DNA of 63,490 bases, the filler included. It is 9 parts of 9 records of this genome, joined end to end, with 100 filler letters (N's around TTAATTAATTAA, not from the genome) between each part and the next. Parts side by side here need not be neighbours in the genome. Positions count along the whole stretch, not along the records: positions 13,359 to 22,636 come from SRR31147125_117490; positions 22,737 to 28,561 come from SRR31147125_117603; positions 28,662 to 37,776 come from SRR31147125_117926; 6 more parts are not named here. The stretch is one strand, 5' to 3'. A model generated the notes under the pieces. It was not told the DNA's origin and searched no databases. It saw only the letters and a program-made list of their open reading frames with translations. The position numbers and the translations under genes were made by a program. Positions 19,669 through 29,003 of this stretch are shown in pieces. How positions within the stretch are numbered: position 1 is the first letter of the stretch; every line of letters starts with the position of its first letter.

Positions 19669-21018
19669 CTAAAAACTATTGAAGTATCGTTTAATCTCCC
19701 ACTGATGGACCTCTTCCGCATAAGCTTTCCACTCTTTCCGCTTGGCCTGGAGGTAGATATTGTAGGAGTGCTCCCCGAGTGTCTCATGGATAAGGGAGTC
19801 CTTCTCCATTTCGTTCAGGGCATGATTCAGATCGGCAGGAAGCTGAGAAATATTGTACATATCTTTTTCATGGCGGTTCAGATCATACATATTTCTGTCA
19901 ACAGGGGCCGGAGGTTCGATCTTGTTTTTCACTCCCTCCAGACCGGCTTTCAGCATTACCGCATAGACCAGATAGGGATTGGCGGTCGGGTCGGGATTCC
20001 TCAACTCGATTCTGGTTCCCTCCTCTCGACTGTCCGGGATTCTGATCAAAGTTGAACGGTTTGATAGAGACCAGGCTACATTTATGGGAGCTTCATAACC
20101 CGGAACGAGCCTCTTATAGGAATTGACCAGCGGATTGGTTATGGCCGCCATACCTTTAACATGTTTCAGCAGTCCACCGACATAATACCGGGCCGTATCA
20201 CTCAATTGGATACTATCATCCGGATCGTAAAAAACATTTCTCCCGTTGCTGACCAGAGACTGATTGCAGTGCATGGCATTCGCGTTCTCACCGGTAAACG
20301 GTTTGGGGAGAAAGGAAGCGTACAAACCGTGTTTGTGGGCGATGTTTTTTACAATCTGCCGGAATGTCATCCATTTATCGGCTATTTTCAGGGCATGGTC
20401 ATACTTGAAGTCAATTTCATGCTGTCCCGGTGCGACCTCGTGATGAGAGGCTTCAATGGAAAATCCAAGCTTCTTCATCGCCAGAATTATATCGAGACGG
20501 GCATCTTCCCCCTTGTCCACAGGTGACAGATCAAAATACCCCGCCCGATCGTGAATATTGTACACGGGCATCCCTTTTTCATCGAGATGAAAGAGAAAGA
20601 ACTCCCCCTCAGGACCGACATTCAGATCATACCCAAGTTCATTGGCTTCCTGAATTGTTCTTTTCAGGATATTTCTCGGACAGCCGGGAAAAGGCCGGCC
20701 GTCGGTCTGATATATATCACAGTAAACATGGGCAATCCCGGTCAGATCCGGACGCCACTCATAGGTTTCGAAAGTAGACATATCCGGTTTGAGATACATA
20801 TCCGATTCTGAAATCCTTCCGAAACCGTCTACTGAAGAACCGTCGAACATAATCTTTCCGTCCAGCGCCTTTCCCAGTTCATCAATGTTGATTGTCACGC
20901 TTTTGGCAAATCCGAATATATCAGTAAATTGAAGACGGATAAACTCAATGTTATTTGTTCTAACCTTCTCAAATATTTTTTCCCTCTGATCCTGTTCGGT
21001 TTTAGTTGTAGCAGTCAT
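19669..21018 (-). CDS. glnA: Glutamine synthetase type I
   Basis: FDGSS, HHEVAPGQHE, YKRLVPGYEAP, RIELRNPDPTANPY. ATG at 21018 follows GAGGAG. Confidence 0.92.
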   Translation of the reverse strand: MTATTKTEQDQREKIFEKVRTNNIEFIRLQFTDIFGFAKSVTINIDELGKALDGKIMFDGSSVDGFGRISESDMYLKPDMSTFETYEWRPDLTGIAHVYCDIYQTDGRPFPGCPRNILKRTIQEANELGYDLNVGPEGEFFLFHLDEKGMPVYNIHDRAGYFDLSPVDKGEDARLDIILAMKKLGFSIEASHHEVAPGQHEIDFKYDHALKIADKWMTFRQIVKNIAHKHGLYASFLPKPFTGENANAMHCNQSLVSNGRNVFYDPDDSIQLSDTARYYVGGLLKHVKGMAAITNPLVNSYKRLVPGYEAPINVAWSLSNRSTLIRIPDSREEGTRIELRNPDPTANPYLVYAVMLKAGLEGVKNKIEPPAPVDRNMYDLNRHEKDMYNISQLPADLNHALNEMEKDSLIHETLGEHSYNIYLQAKRKEWKAYAEEVHQWEIKRYFNSF

Positions 21019-21058
21019 AAATTTCGTCTCCTCGGTAATAGTCGTTCCAAACATGATT

Positions 21059-21124
21059 TTAATCTGCTGCAGGACAGTAAGACATAAATGCAGAAAAACT
21101 GGAAAAAGATTCAATGTCGTTCAT
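21059..21124 (-). CDS. Putative 21-aa small ORF in the glnA leader
   Basis: MNDIESFSSFSAFMSYCPAAD*, with AGGAAGG 6 nt upstream of the ATG. Confidence 0.4.
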   Translation of the reverse strand: MNDIESFSSFSAFMSYCPAAD

Positions 21125-21143
21125 TTTTAACCTTCCTGGGTAT

Positions 21144-21185
21144 AAAAAAAAGCACTCTCATTCCGCCGAAGCAGAATTAGAGTGC
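21144..21185 (-). terminator. Intrinsic terminator upstream of glnA (possible attenuator)
   Basis: Minus strand GCACTCT-AATTCTGC-TTCG-GCGGAAT-G-AGAGTGC-T8, with a cUUCGg loop. Confidence 0.85.
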
Positions 21186-21210
21186 CTAAAGTTCGCCAAA
21201 TGACTCGTTT

Positions 21211-21234
21211 TATGTCACAGACATCTGTAACATA
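21211..21234. promoter_or_regulatory. Palindromic operator candidate upstream of glnA
   Basis: TATGTCACAGA-CA-TCTGTAACATA, 11-bp arms with one mismatch. Overlaps an extended -10-like TGCTATGTT on the - strand. Confidence 0.55.
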
Positions 21235-21405
21235 GCATATTGCCTTTTCTCAAGACCCTATGCAGACCCCAGTTCTAACTGGTGCATTTTTCAAACAGGC
21301 TTTCCCTTTTCAGGAACAGTTCGAAACAGTACTAAAACCTTTTATGGAAATATTACTGTACTTGCCGCTCAGGTATTCGCAGGTTTTACTTCACGCTTAT
21401 ATTGT

Positions 21406-21445
21406 ATCCGCAGTGGATGAAGTCTCCTTCTCACACACTGCGGAT
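21406..21445 (-). terminator. Stem-loop right after proW
   Basis: ATCCGCAGTG ... CACTGCGGAT 10-bp arms. Confidence 0.5.
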
Positions 21446-21449
21446 TTCT

Positions 21450-22295
21450 TTAATTTTTCTTTTTCGAAAAGGAATAGGTAATCCGGTCGATAATAATCGC
21501 CAGGAAGACGATGGAAAGACCGGCTTCGAATCCCCGTCCCACTTCAATCCGGTTGATCGCCAGAAGGACTTCCATTCCCAGCCCTTTGGCGCCGATCATG
21601 GAACCGATGACCACCATGGCCAGGGCCATCATAGTCGTCTGGTTGATTCCCACCATAATGGAGGGTTTTGCCAGAGGGAGCTGGACATCAAAAAGGACCT
21701 GCCGGGGGGTCGCCCCGAAGGCTTTGGATGCTTCCACCGCCTCCTGGTCCACCGTCCGAATTCCCACGTTGGTCAGTCGGATTACCGGCGGTACCGCATA
21801 GATGATGGTAGCGAACATGGCCGGGACCTTTCCCATACCGAAAAACATCAGTGCCGGGATCAGGTAGACAAAGCTGGGCATGGTCTGCATTCCGTCCAGC
21901 ATGGGCTTCATGATGGACTCGGCTCTATCGCTCCTGGCCATCTTGATTCCCAGTGGAACACCGATAATCAGCGAAAAGAACACAGACGCGATAACCAGAC
22001 TCAGAGTTCTCATGGCCAGTTCCCAGTACCCGAAGGTTCCGATAAGGAACAGCAGAATCATGAAACTGACGCCGGTTCTCTTTCTTCCCACAAGCTTCCA
22101 GCCCGCCAGCCCCACAAGGGGGATGAAGAGAAACCAGGGGATAAACAGGAAGAGCTTCTCAAAGCCCACCACCACCTGAAGGATTATGAATCCGATGGCG
22201 TCAAACAAAGGGTCCAGATTATTCAGCAGCCAGCTCATGGCGGCATCGATCCACTTGGCCAGAGGAATTGTGATAACTTCAGGGAAATCAAGCAT
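21450..22295 (-). CDS. proW: Glycine betaine/proline ABC transporter permease
   Basis: MQTMPSFVYLIP, PPVIRLT, EAS..FGA EAA-like loop, GINQTTMMAL. Confidence 0.92.
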   Translation of the reverse strand: MLDFPEVITIPLAKWIDAAMSWLLNNLDPLFDAIGFIILQVVVGFEKLFLFIPWFLFIPLVGLAGWKLVGRKRTGVSFMILLFLIGTFGYWELAMRTLSLVIASVFFSLIIGVPLGIKMARSDRAESIMKPMLDGMQTMPSFVYLIPALMFFGMGKVPAMFATIIYAVPPVIRLTNVGIRTVDQEAVEASKAFGATPRQVLFDVQLPLAKPSIMVGINQTTMMALAMVVIGSMIGAKGLGMEVLLAINRIEVGRGFEAGLSIVFLAIIIDRITYSFSKKKN

Positions 22296-22636
22296 GGTTG
22301 TGATTCTCTCCTTCTACCGGTGATATGGATTCGAAAATCTGGTCGGTTGTGACGAGTCCCTGAAACCGGCCCTTCTCATCCGTCACGGGGATGGGATAGG
22401 GATTTTCCGAAACAATGGGAAACAGATCCTCCAGAATCGTATCGGGAGAGACGCTGGTCACCTTTTTCAGGGCTGATTCGGGAATCTGCCCCGGTTTTTC
22501 CGTGCTGTTGATCAGTTTTTCCAGGGTGCCCTCTTTGGCGACCCCCAGCAGCCGGTGGGATTTATCCACCACAAAGGCGGCTTTTCTATTATTGGAACGC
22601 ATAAGAGTCAGAGCGGTCTTGGGCCCCTCCCAGGCA
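22288..22636 (-). CDS. proV: Glycine betaine ABC ATPase, C-terminal CBS domains, 5' partial
   Basis: CBS-type segments (AFVVDKSHRLLG, PIPVTDEKGRFQG). Overlaps the proW start. Confidence 0.75.
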
Positions 22637-22736
22637 NNNNNNNNNNNNNNNNNNNNNNNNNNNNNNNNNNNNNNNNNNNNTTAATTAATTAANNNNNNNN
22701 NNNNNNNNNNNNNNNNNNNNNNNNNNNNNNNNNNNN
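22637..22736. other. Artificial contig spacer
   Basis: 44 N + TTAATTAATTAA + 44 N. Confidence 0.97.
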
Positions 22737-22966
22737 GGGGGGATCCAGAAGATATCTCCCGGAAGGGCATCGTATCCGCTGTTTCCCACGGTGAACCGCC
22801 CGCGGCCCTTTTCGATATAGACTAGCAGGTAGTCCAGCAGTTTCCGCCTCCCCATCTGCCATTTGCCCCGGGGGGAATCGCCGCACTGGCGGACATAGGG
22901 GCGCAGCCAGGTCAGATGAGGGGTCGTTTCTTCCAGTCCCGGTATAGGAGACAGTGTTTCCTTCAT
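22737..22966 (-). CDS. AraC-family regulator N-terminal cupin domain, 3' partial
   Basis: RKLLDYLLVYIEKGRGRFTV...PGDIFWIP. Confidence 0.7.
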
Positions 22967-23085
22967 GAGTTCTATTATAGGGCATCAGTATCGATACGGG
23001 TACATAATTATTCTTTTCGGCCTTCCTTCTCTCTTCTCCCGGGGTACAATCGGAAACAGATACGGTTAGCAGACAGGAGGTGCAT

Positions 23086-24129
23086 ATGTTGCTGCCCGAC
23101 GGTTCCGGGAATCCGGATTTTTCTCAACTGGAAACAGTACTCGCCAAAGGAAGGCCCGACCGGCCGGTCCTGTGGGAGTTTTTTCTCAATGACCGGCTCT
23201 ATGATCTCCTCTGTCTGGGAGAGGAACTGCCCTCGGATACCCGTCTCCGACCCGCGGTCAGGAATATCATAGCCTACCGCAATGCGGGATACGACTATGC
23301 GGTCCTTCCCGTCCCGGCCGGGTTCCGCTTCGCTCCTGAAGAGCGGGAGAAGGCCGCTTCTGTCTCCATGTCCGGCGGCGTAATCCGGGACAGGGAGAGT
23401 TTCGAATCCTTCCGGTGGCCCGACCTTTCCACTATGGATTTTACCGTTCCGGATACAATTTCTTCCTGGATCCCCGAGGGAATGAAACTGATTCCCAGCG
23501 GCCCGGGCGGGGTGGAGGAGAATGTCATAGAGCTGATGGGCTACGAAACCCTCTGTTATCAGATGCTCGATGATCCGGAGCTGGTGCAGGAGGTGTTCGA
23601 CCGGGTGGGCGGCATCCTCTGCGACTACTACCGCCTGATCTGCCAGTACCCCTTCGTGGGATCCTGCATCTCCAACGACGACTGGGGATTCAACACCCAG
23701 CCCCTGCTTTCGCCGGAGCAGATGGAAACCTATCTCTACCCCTGGCACCGGAAAATCGCCTCGATCGTGCATGAGGCCGGACTGCCGGTGATCCTGCACT
23801 CCTGCGGCAACCTCTATCCGGATATCATGGAGACGGTGATCGAGGATATCGGATACGACGGCAAGCACTCCTACGAGGACAACATCAAACCCGTGGAGGA
23901 GGCCTATGAAGAGTATGCCGGCCGGATCGCGGTTCTGGGGGGACTGGATGTGGATTTCATCATCTCCCATTCAGAGGAGGAGGTCTACCGGCGGGCCCGG
24001 GCCATGCTGGAGCGGACCGCTGACCGGGGGGATATGCCCTGGGGACGGGGAAACTCGGTCCCCGACTACGTGCCCGACAGCCGGTATCTGGCCATGATCC
24101 GGGCGGCTTGGGAGTACCGGGGGGAATAA
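23086..24129 (+). CDS. Uroporphyrinogen decarboxylase/MtaA-CmuA family protein
   Basis: NDDWG, ILHSCGN, GGLDVD. C-terminal GGYALGTGNS is masked by compensating G-run indels at 24026 and 24047. ATG follows GGAGG. Confidence 0.85.
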   Translation: MLLPDGSGNPDFSQLETVLAKGRPDRPVLWEFFLNDRLYDLLCLGEELPSDTRLRPAVRNIIAYRNAGYDYAVLPVPAGFRFAPEEREKAASVSMSGGVIRDRESFESFRWPDLSTMDFTVPDTISSWIPEGMKLIPSGPGGVEENVIELMGYETLCYQMLDDPELVQEVFDRVGGILCDYYRLICQYPFVGSCISNDDWGFNTQPLLSPEQMETYLYPWHRKIASIVHEAGLPVILHSCGNLYPDIMETVIEDIGYDGKHSYEDNIKPVEEAYEEYAGRIAVLGGLDVDFIISHSEEEVYRRARAMLERTADRGDMPWGRGNSVPDYVPDSRYLAMIRAAWEYRGE

Positions 24130-24185
24130 CCGTCCCGGGAGGCCGATTCTTTATAGGGCAGGGAAGGACTGTTTGATACCTCAGC

Positions 24186-24503
24186 TTATATAGGTGAGAA
24201 AATCGTCTGCCTTATAGGGGCGATAGACGGCCGTTTCTTCCCCTCCTGAAGTTTTTCCCGGATGGGAATCAGTTGATAACTCCGTCCTTTCCGTTCTCTG
24301 AGGTAGGCAATAAGCCTTTTCCGATCCGGAATCGTATCGGACAGAAAAATACAGCCCGGTATATCCCGCAGCTGGAACATACGGATCGCATCCTCGATGC
24401 TGTCGGAAGTGGCCAGTCGAAATCCTCTGCCGGTCAGATGGATTCCGATACGATGGAGTGGTTCATGATACTCATCAATGATTATAACAGATTGCTCGCC
24501 CAT
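24186..24503 (-). CDS. Small protein resembling a degenerate receiver domain
   Basis: VIIIDE...HLTGRGFRL..SDSIEDAIR...CIFLSD pattern. Confidence 0.45.
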   Translation of the reverse strand: MGEQSVIIIDEYHEPLHRIGIHLTGRGFRLATSDSIEDAIRMFQLRDIPGCIFLSDTIPDRKRLIAYLRERKGRSYQLIPIREKLQEGKKRPSIAPIRQTIFSPI

Positions 24504-24549
24504 ACAGTGCTCTCATAGTACAGGCGATTTTTCTGATTATCAACTGAAA

Positions 24550-26075
24550 TCAGTTTATCGATGCGTGTCCCATGGCCATACTGACTATTTGGTCTTCATT
24601 GAAATCCTCTCTTGCCAGTTCTCCCTGGACGGAACCTCTTCCCAGAACGAGGATCCGGTCACACATGGCCAGCAGTTCCGATCTTTCGGAAGAGATCATG
24701 ACGATACCCAGCCCTTCCCGTGCCAGGTCTACCATGATCCGATAGATTTCGGACTTGGCTCCCACATCGATTCCTCTGGTCGGTTCGTCCATGAACAGAA
24801 TGAGGGGGGATGTATTCAGCCATTTGGCAAGGACAACTTTCTGCTGATTCCCTCCGCTCAGATTCATTATCTGACTCTGCTGGGATGAGGTTTTTATCCG
24901 TATTTTATCAATAAAGTCCTGGACGAGTTTTTTCTCCTGCCGGTGGCGGATACGGCCTCTCCGGCAGATGCTTTTCATATTTGCCAGTGTAATGTTTTCT
25001 CTGACGCTGCGTATTCCCACAAAACCGTCATCCCTGCGGTCCTCTGTGACCAGACCGAGCCCGTTTTTTATGGCATCCGCAGGAGATTTGATGATAACTT
25101 TTTCACCCTTGATCCGGATAGTGCCTTTTGTCATACCCTCCTTTCCGAATACTGCATTGACCAGTTCGGATCGGCCTGATCCGACGAGTCCTTCAATGCC
25201 CAGGATTTCCCTTTTCTGAGGGTGAAGGAAATCTCTTCCAGAATATTCAGATGACTCCTGAAGGGATGTCTGACTGTCAGATTCTCTACTGACAGGATTT
25301 CCGGTCCGATAGGTACTGTTTCTTTAGGATACATGGCGCTGATGCTGCGGCCTACCATTTCCGTTACGATCTCATCCACTGTAACCTTCGATGCAATGTG
25401 TTCTCCTGTTGTTCGGCCGTTCCGGAGCACCACAATCCGTTCGCAGTTGCTGAATACCTCTTCCAGTTTATGAGTAATCAGGATGATAGTGATTCCTTTC
25501 TCCCTGAGGCTGTGGGCGACTGAGAAAAGGGTTTCAACCTCCCGTTCCGTCAGACAGGCCGTCGGTTCATCCATAATCAGAATCCTGGGATTCCTCTGAA
25601 GCGCCCGGGCTATGGAAACCATCTGCTGACTGGTTTTACTGAGTTTCCTGAGTTTTTCACTCGGGTCATTATCGAGTCCTACCATCTTCAGCAGTTCCGC
25701 GGTCTGCTCTTTCATCCCTTTCCAGTCCACGGCTCCGGTTGAAGTTTTAAGCCACCGTCCCAGAAAGATGTTTTCGAGGATACTCATATCCAGATGCATG
25801 CTCAGTTCCTGGTAAATCATGGCAATTCCCGCATCCTCCGAATCCCGGGGGGAACGGAAATGAACGGGAGAACCGTTCAATAAAATCGTCCCCTCATAGG
25901 TCCCGTGAGGATAAACGCCGCTGATGATCTGCATCATGGTAGATTTCCCAGCTCCGTTTTCTCCGACAAGTCCCAGCATTTCACCTGTTCCGACAGCGAA
26001 ATTCACATTGTCCAGAGCTGTTACACCCGGGAATTTCTTTGTGACTCCCCGGAGTTCCATGACAGTCTCTTTCAT
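24550..26075 (-). CDS. Sugar ABC transporter ATPase (RbsA/XylG type), frameshifted
   Basis: GENGAGKST, LSGGNQQK, DEPTRGIDVGAK. The halves join with one extra base in the C3 run at 25209-25211 (..RKGEILGIEGLVGSGRSE..). Confidence 0.9.
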
Positions 26076-26084
26076 ATCCCCTCC

Positions 26085-27041
26085 CTAGTTGTTCCGGGTT
26101 CGTTTGTACTGATCGAAAACGACTGCCAGTATGATAATGGCTCCTACAACAACATTCTGCCAGTATACAGATACTTTCAGCATGACCATGGCATTTTCAA
26201 GAACAGCCATGATAGCCGCGCCGATTATGGTTCCCGGAATGGAACCTATCCCTCCGGTTACGCTGGTCCCTCCGATGATGGCCGAAGCAATGGCTTTCAT
26301 TTCCCATCCGTCTCCCGCTCCCGGGACAGCCGCATTCATTCTTGACGCAATGAGGATTCCCGTCAGAGCTGCCAGGGTTCCCATAATGACATAGGAGATC
26401 AGACGGATACGGCCCACATTGATACCCGATGTCCGAGCGGTTTTTTCATTCCCTCCCACAGCCAGAATGGATCGACCATAGACCGTGTTGTTCAGAATGT
26501 AGTGGCTGACAAGAAAAAGCAGAACCATCAGATAAACGACATAGGGGAGACCGAGAAATTCTGAAGTTCCGATTGAATTGAAGTTTTCGGGAAAGGGGTA
26601 TATGGGCCTTGCCTTGGAAAGGATAAAAACAAATCCTTTTGCCATATACATATTCCCCAGAGTAACGATGAAGGGGGGATCCGGAGCTTTGTAATGATAA
26701 GACCGTTCAGCAGACCGAACAAAGCACCAAGAAACAATCCGGCCAGTATGGCAGGTATGACAGGGAGTCCTTTCTGGAGAAGGAGACCGCAGGCGATCCC
26801 TCCCAGTCCGATAAGTGAGCCGACCGACAGGTCTATTCCGCCGCCGATGATGATGAAGGTCATTCCGACGGCAACGAATCCAGTAAAGGATGTGAGTCTC
26901 AGAAGGTTTACGATATTCCGTGCTGACAGAAAATTGGGATTGACTATTCCTGTTACGACACAGAGTACAATTAGAATGGAGAAGATTCCGGATATCTCTG
27001 AGGTAAAAAAGATTCCGGACCAGCTGTTTCAATTTTGACAT
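26085..27041 (-). CDS. Sugar ABC transporter permease (RbsC type), two compensating frameshifts
   Basis: GGIDLSVG lies in the 26528-26863 frame; PPFIVTLG and AVGGNEKTARTSGI lie in the long frame. Indels at A6 27005-27010 and G6 26673-26678. Confidence 0.88.
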   Translation of the reverse strand: MSKLKQLVRNLFYLRDIRNLLHSNCTLCRNRNSQSQFSVSTEYRKPSETHILYWIRCRRNDLHHHRRRNRPVGRLTYRTGRDRLRSPSPERTPCHTCHTGRIVSWCFVRSAERSYHYKAPDPPFIVTLGNMYMAKGFVFILSKARPIYPFPENFNSIGTSEFLGLPYVVYLMVLLFLVSHYILNNTVYGRSILAVGGNEKTARTSGINVGRIRLISYVIMGTLAALTGILIASRMNAAVPGAGDGWEMKAIASAIIGGTSVTGGIGSIPGTIIGAAIMAVLENAMVMLKVSVYWQNVVVGAIIILAVVFDQYKRTRNN

Positions 27042-27071
27042 ATTATATTAGATCCTCCCTGGATTCAGCAG

Positions 27072-27096
27072 GGACCGGCAAGTCTCCTGCCGGTCC
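27072..27096 (-). other. Intercistronic hairpin after the SBP gene
   Basis: GGACCGGCA-N7-TGCCGGTCC. Confidence 0.5.
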
Positions 27097-27118
27097 GGTT
27101 ATGATTTATTTGTCAGGA

Positions 27119-28105
27119 TCAGAACAGTTCTGCTACGGCAGGAGGTTCCTGTCCTTTATAGCTGTCCGCATTATCCTTTGTGATTTCAATGGAGCGGAGA
27201 CTGACTTTATCTGCCGGATAGTCCGAAGCTTCTCCGGTGACAACACGGTAGAGCGCTTCGACACTGACAAATCCCTCGTCGTAGGGCAGGCTGGCAATGA
27301 TGAGATCCATAATGTCCTGTTTCAGATAATCCAGGCCCTGGGGATCATCATTGAATGCCACACCAAGCACGGAGTCACTGACTCCCATATCCTCAATCGC
27401 CTTTCCGACTCCCGGTACGTCTGATGCTCCGGCAGCGACCAGGACATTGATCTCCGGATAGGTCTGCATCATGGCGGTACCCTTCTGCGCTGCCATGATG
27501 GAATCGCCCCGGGCGTCTTCTATAGCAGTGATCTCCATGTCGGGATACTCTTTCAGAACATCCTTCATACCGTCTATCCGCCAGTTGATGATATCAATAT
27601 CCAGACCGGCTGTAACAATACCGATCCGGGCGGATTCTCCGGTTTCTTCAGCGATTTTCCGGGCCATCTGCTGTCCCTGCAGGTAGGTGTTTACACCCAC
27701 ATAGAAATCCCTTTTACTGTCCGGAGCATCTCCGTCAAGAAGAACAACCGGGATGCCGGCTTCTACTGCTTTGTTGATGACTCCCTCGAAAGAGCTTGGA
27801 TTCAGAGCCATTGTAATAATACCGTCCGGTTTGTCGGCGATCGCTGTCTCAATCGCTTCAATCTGTTTCATGATATCCACATTGGTCGGGCCGATCATAT
27901 CAGTCAGGACACCGTACTTTCTGCTGGCCGCCTGAATACCGTCGGCCACATCCACCCAGTAGGAATGCCCGCCGGCGGGAGTGATGTAGATGAAGTGATA
28001 AAGGGATTCGGAAGAGTCTTCCCTACCGGTTTCCTGCTGCCCGCCTGCGAAGAGCAGACCGGCACAGACCAGAAGAAGGGTCAGAACAACACTTGTTTTT
28101 TTCAT
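27119..28105 (-). CDS. Sugar ABC transporter substrate-binding protein
   Basis: Spirochaete-type LFAGGQQE leader, YWVDVADG, AGIPVVLLD. Confidence 0.9.
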   Translation of the reverse strand: MKKTSVVLTLLLVCAGLLFAGGQQETGREDSSESLYHFIYITPAGGHSYWVDVADGIQAASRKYGVLTDMIGPTNVDIMKQIEAIETAIADKPDGIITMALNPSSFEGVINKAVEAGIPVVLLDGDAPDSKRDFYVGVNTYLQGQQMARKIAEETGESARIGIVTAGLDIDIINWRIDGMKDVLKEYPDMEITAIEDARGDSIMAAQKGTAMMQTYPEINVLVAAGASDVPGVGKAIEDMGVSDSVLGVAFNDDPQGLDYLKQDIMDLIIASLPYDEGFVSVEALYRVVTGEASDYPADKVSLRSIEITKDNADSYKGQEPPAVAELF

Positions 28106-28130
28106 AGGATTCTCCTTTTTATTGTTAAGC

Positions 28131-28561
28131 CTAATAACGGCTTATTTCCCTGAAATAATCGACACAGAACCGGTAGTCGTCATAGGATACATTGGTGGAA
28201 ATGGAGTGGTCGGATGAAAAGCAGTAACGGGCGTCGCAGCGTTTCATCCCCTCTACCACTTCTGTGATCCTTTTTTTCATCCAGTCTCTGTCTCCCGATT
28301 CAAACATCTCCGCTTCCACACCGCCGATCAGAGCGATTTTGTCTCCATACTGTTCTGCTATCCGGAGGTTGTCGCATCCGGCTCTTCGTTCCATTGCATG
28401 GAGGGCATCGAAACCGGCGTCTACAATCTGGGGGAGCAGGGGTCCCACAAAGCCGCAGCAGTGAAGGACCACCTGGATATCGAAGGAGTGAAGCCATTCC
28501 ACAATTTCCGCATAGTAGGGGAAGTAAAGTTCCCTGAAGGTGTCCGGAGAGGCGAAGAGCG
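28131..28561 (-). CDS. URO-D/MtaA-family protein, 5' partial
   Basis: VLHCCG, ALIGGV, FSSDHSI motifs. Confidence 0.8.
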
Positions 28562-28661
28562 NNNNNNNNNNNNNNNNNNNNNNNNNNNNNNNNNNNNNNN
28601 NNNNNTTAATTAATTAANNNNNNNNNNNNNNNNNNNNNNNNNNNNNNNNNNNNNNNNNNNN
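28562..28661. other. Artificial contig spacer
   Basis: 44 N + TTAATTAATTAA + 44 N. Confidence 0.97.
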
Positions 28662-28733
28662 GGGGGCAAGATTGACTATTGTACAGCCTGTAGAAAATAT
28701 GCCGCATAAAAGCAATATCAGTAATTTATCCAT
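28662..28733 (-). CDS. N-terminus of a putative lipoprotein, 3' partial
   Basis: MDKLLILLLCGIFSTGCTIVNLAP: hydrophobic stretch plus STGC lipobox. Confidence 0.5.
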
Positions 28734-29003
28734 AGTAGTTTCCATATTAAAGATTATGTATTATATTAATATAGTATAGCAGTAGAAGTGTCCGGCTGTC
28801 AATGGAAAGATTATTTTGATATGATGATATGGAAAACTTATTAATATATGGTTTAGGGATGGAGGAAATATACTGTGAAGTTCGCTTGCTTAGTTAATAA
28901 TATTTATGACATAGCCGAATAGTGCCAGCATTGGAGAGTTTTCGGTGTATAATGATAGTGTATAATCGGAATAAATATTCAATGATATTATAAGGTTCAC
29001 AGA

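Noticed and set aside
21019..21114. N-terminal extension of GlnA in the ORF track
   Set aside because: A better ATG with a GAGGAG SD at 21018 gives a typical 449-aa GS.
24550..27041. Pseudogenised sugar ABC transporter
   Set aside because: All breaks are single-base homopolymer indels with intact motifs on both sides.
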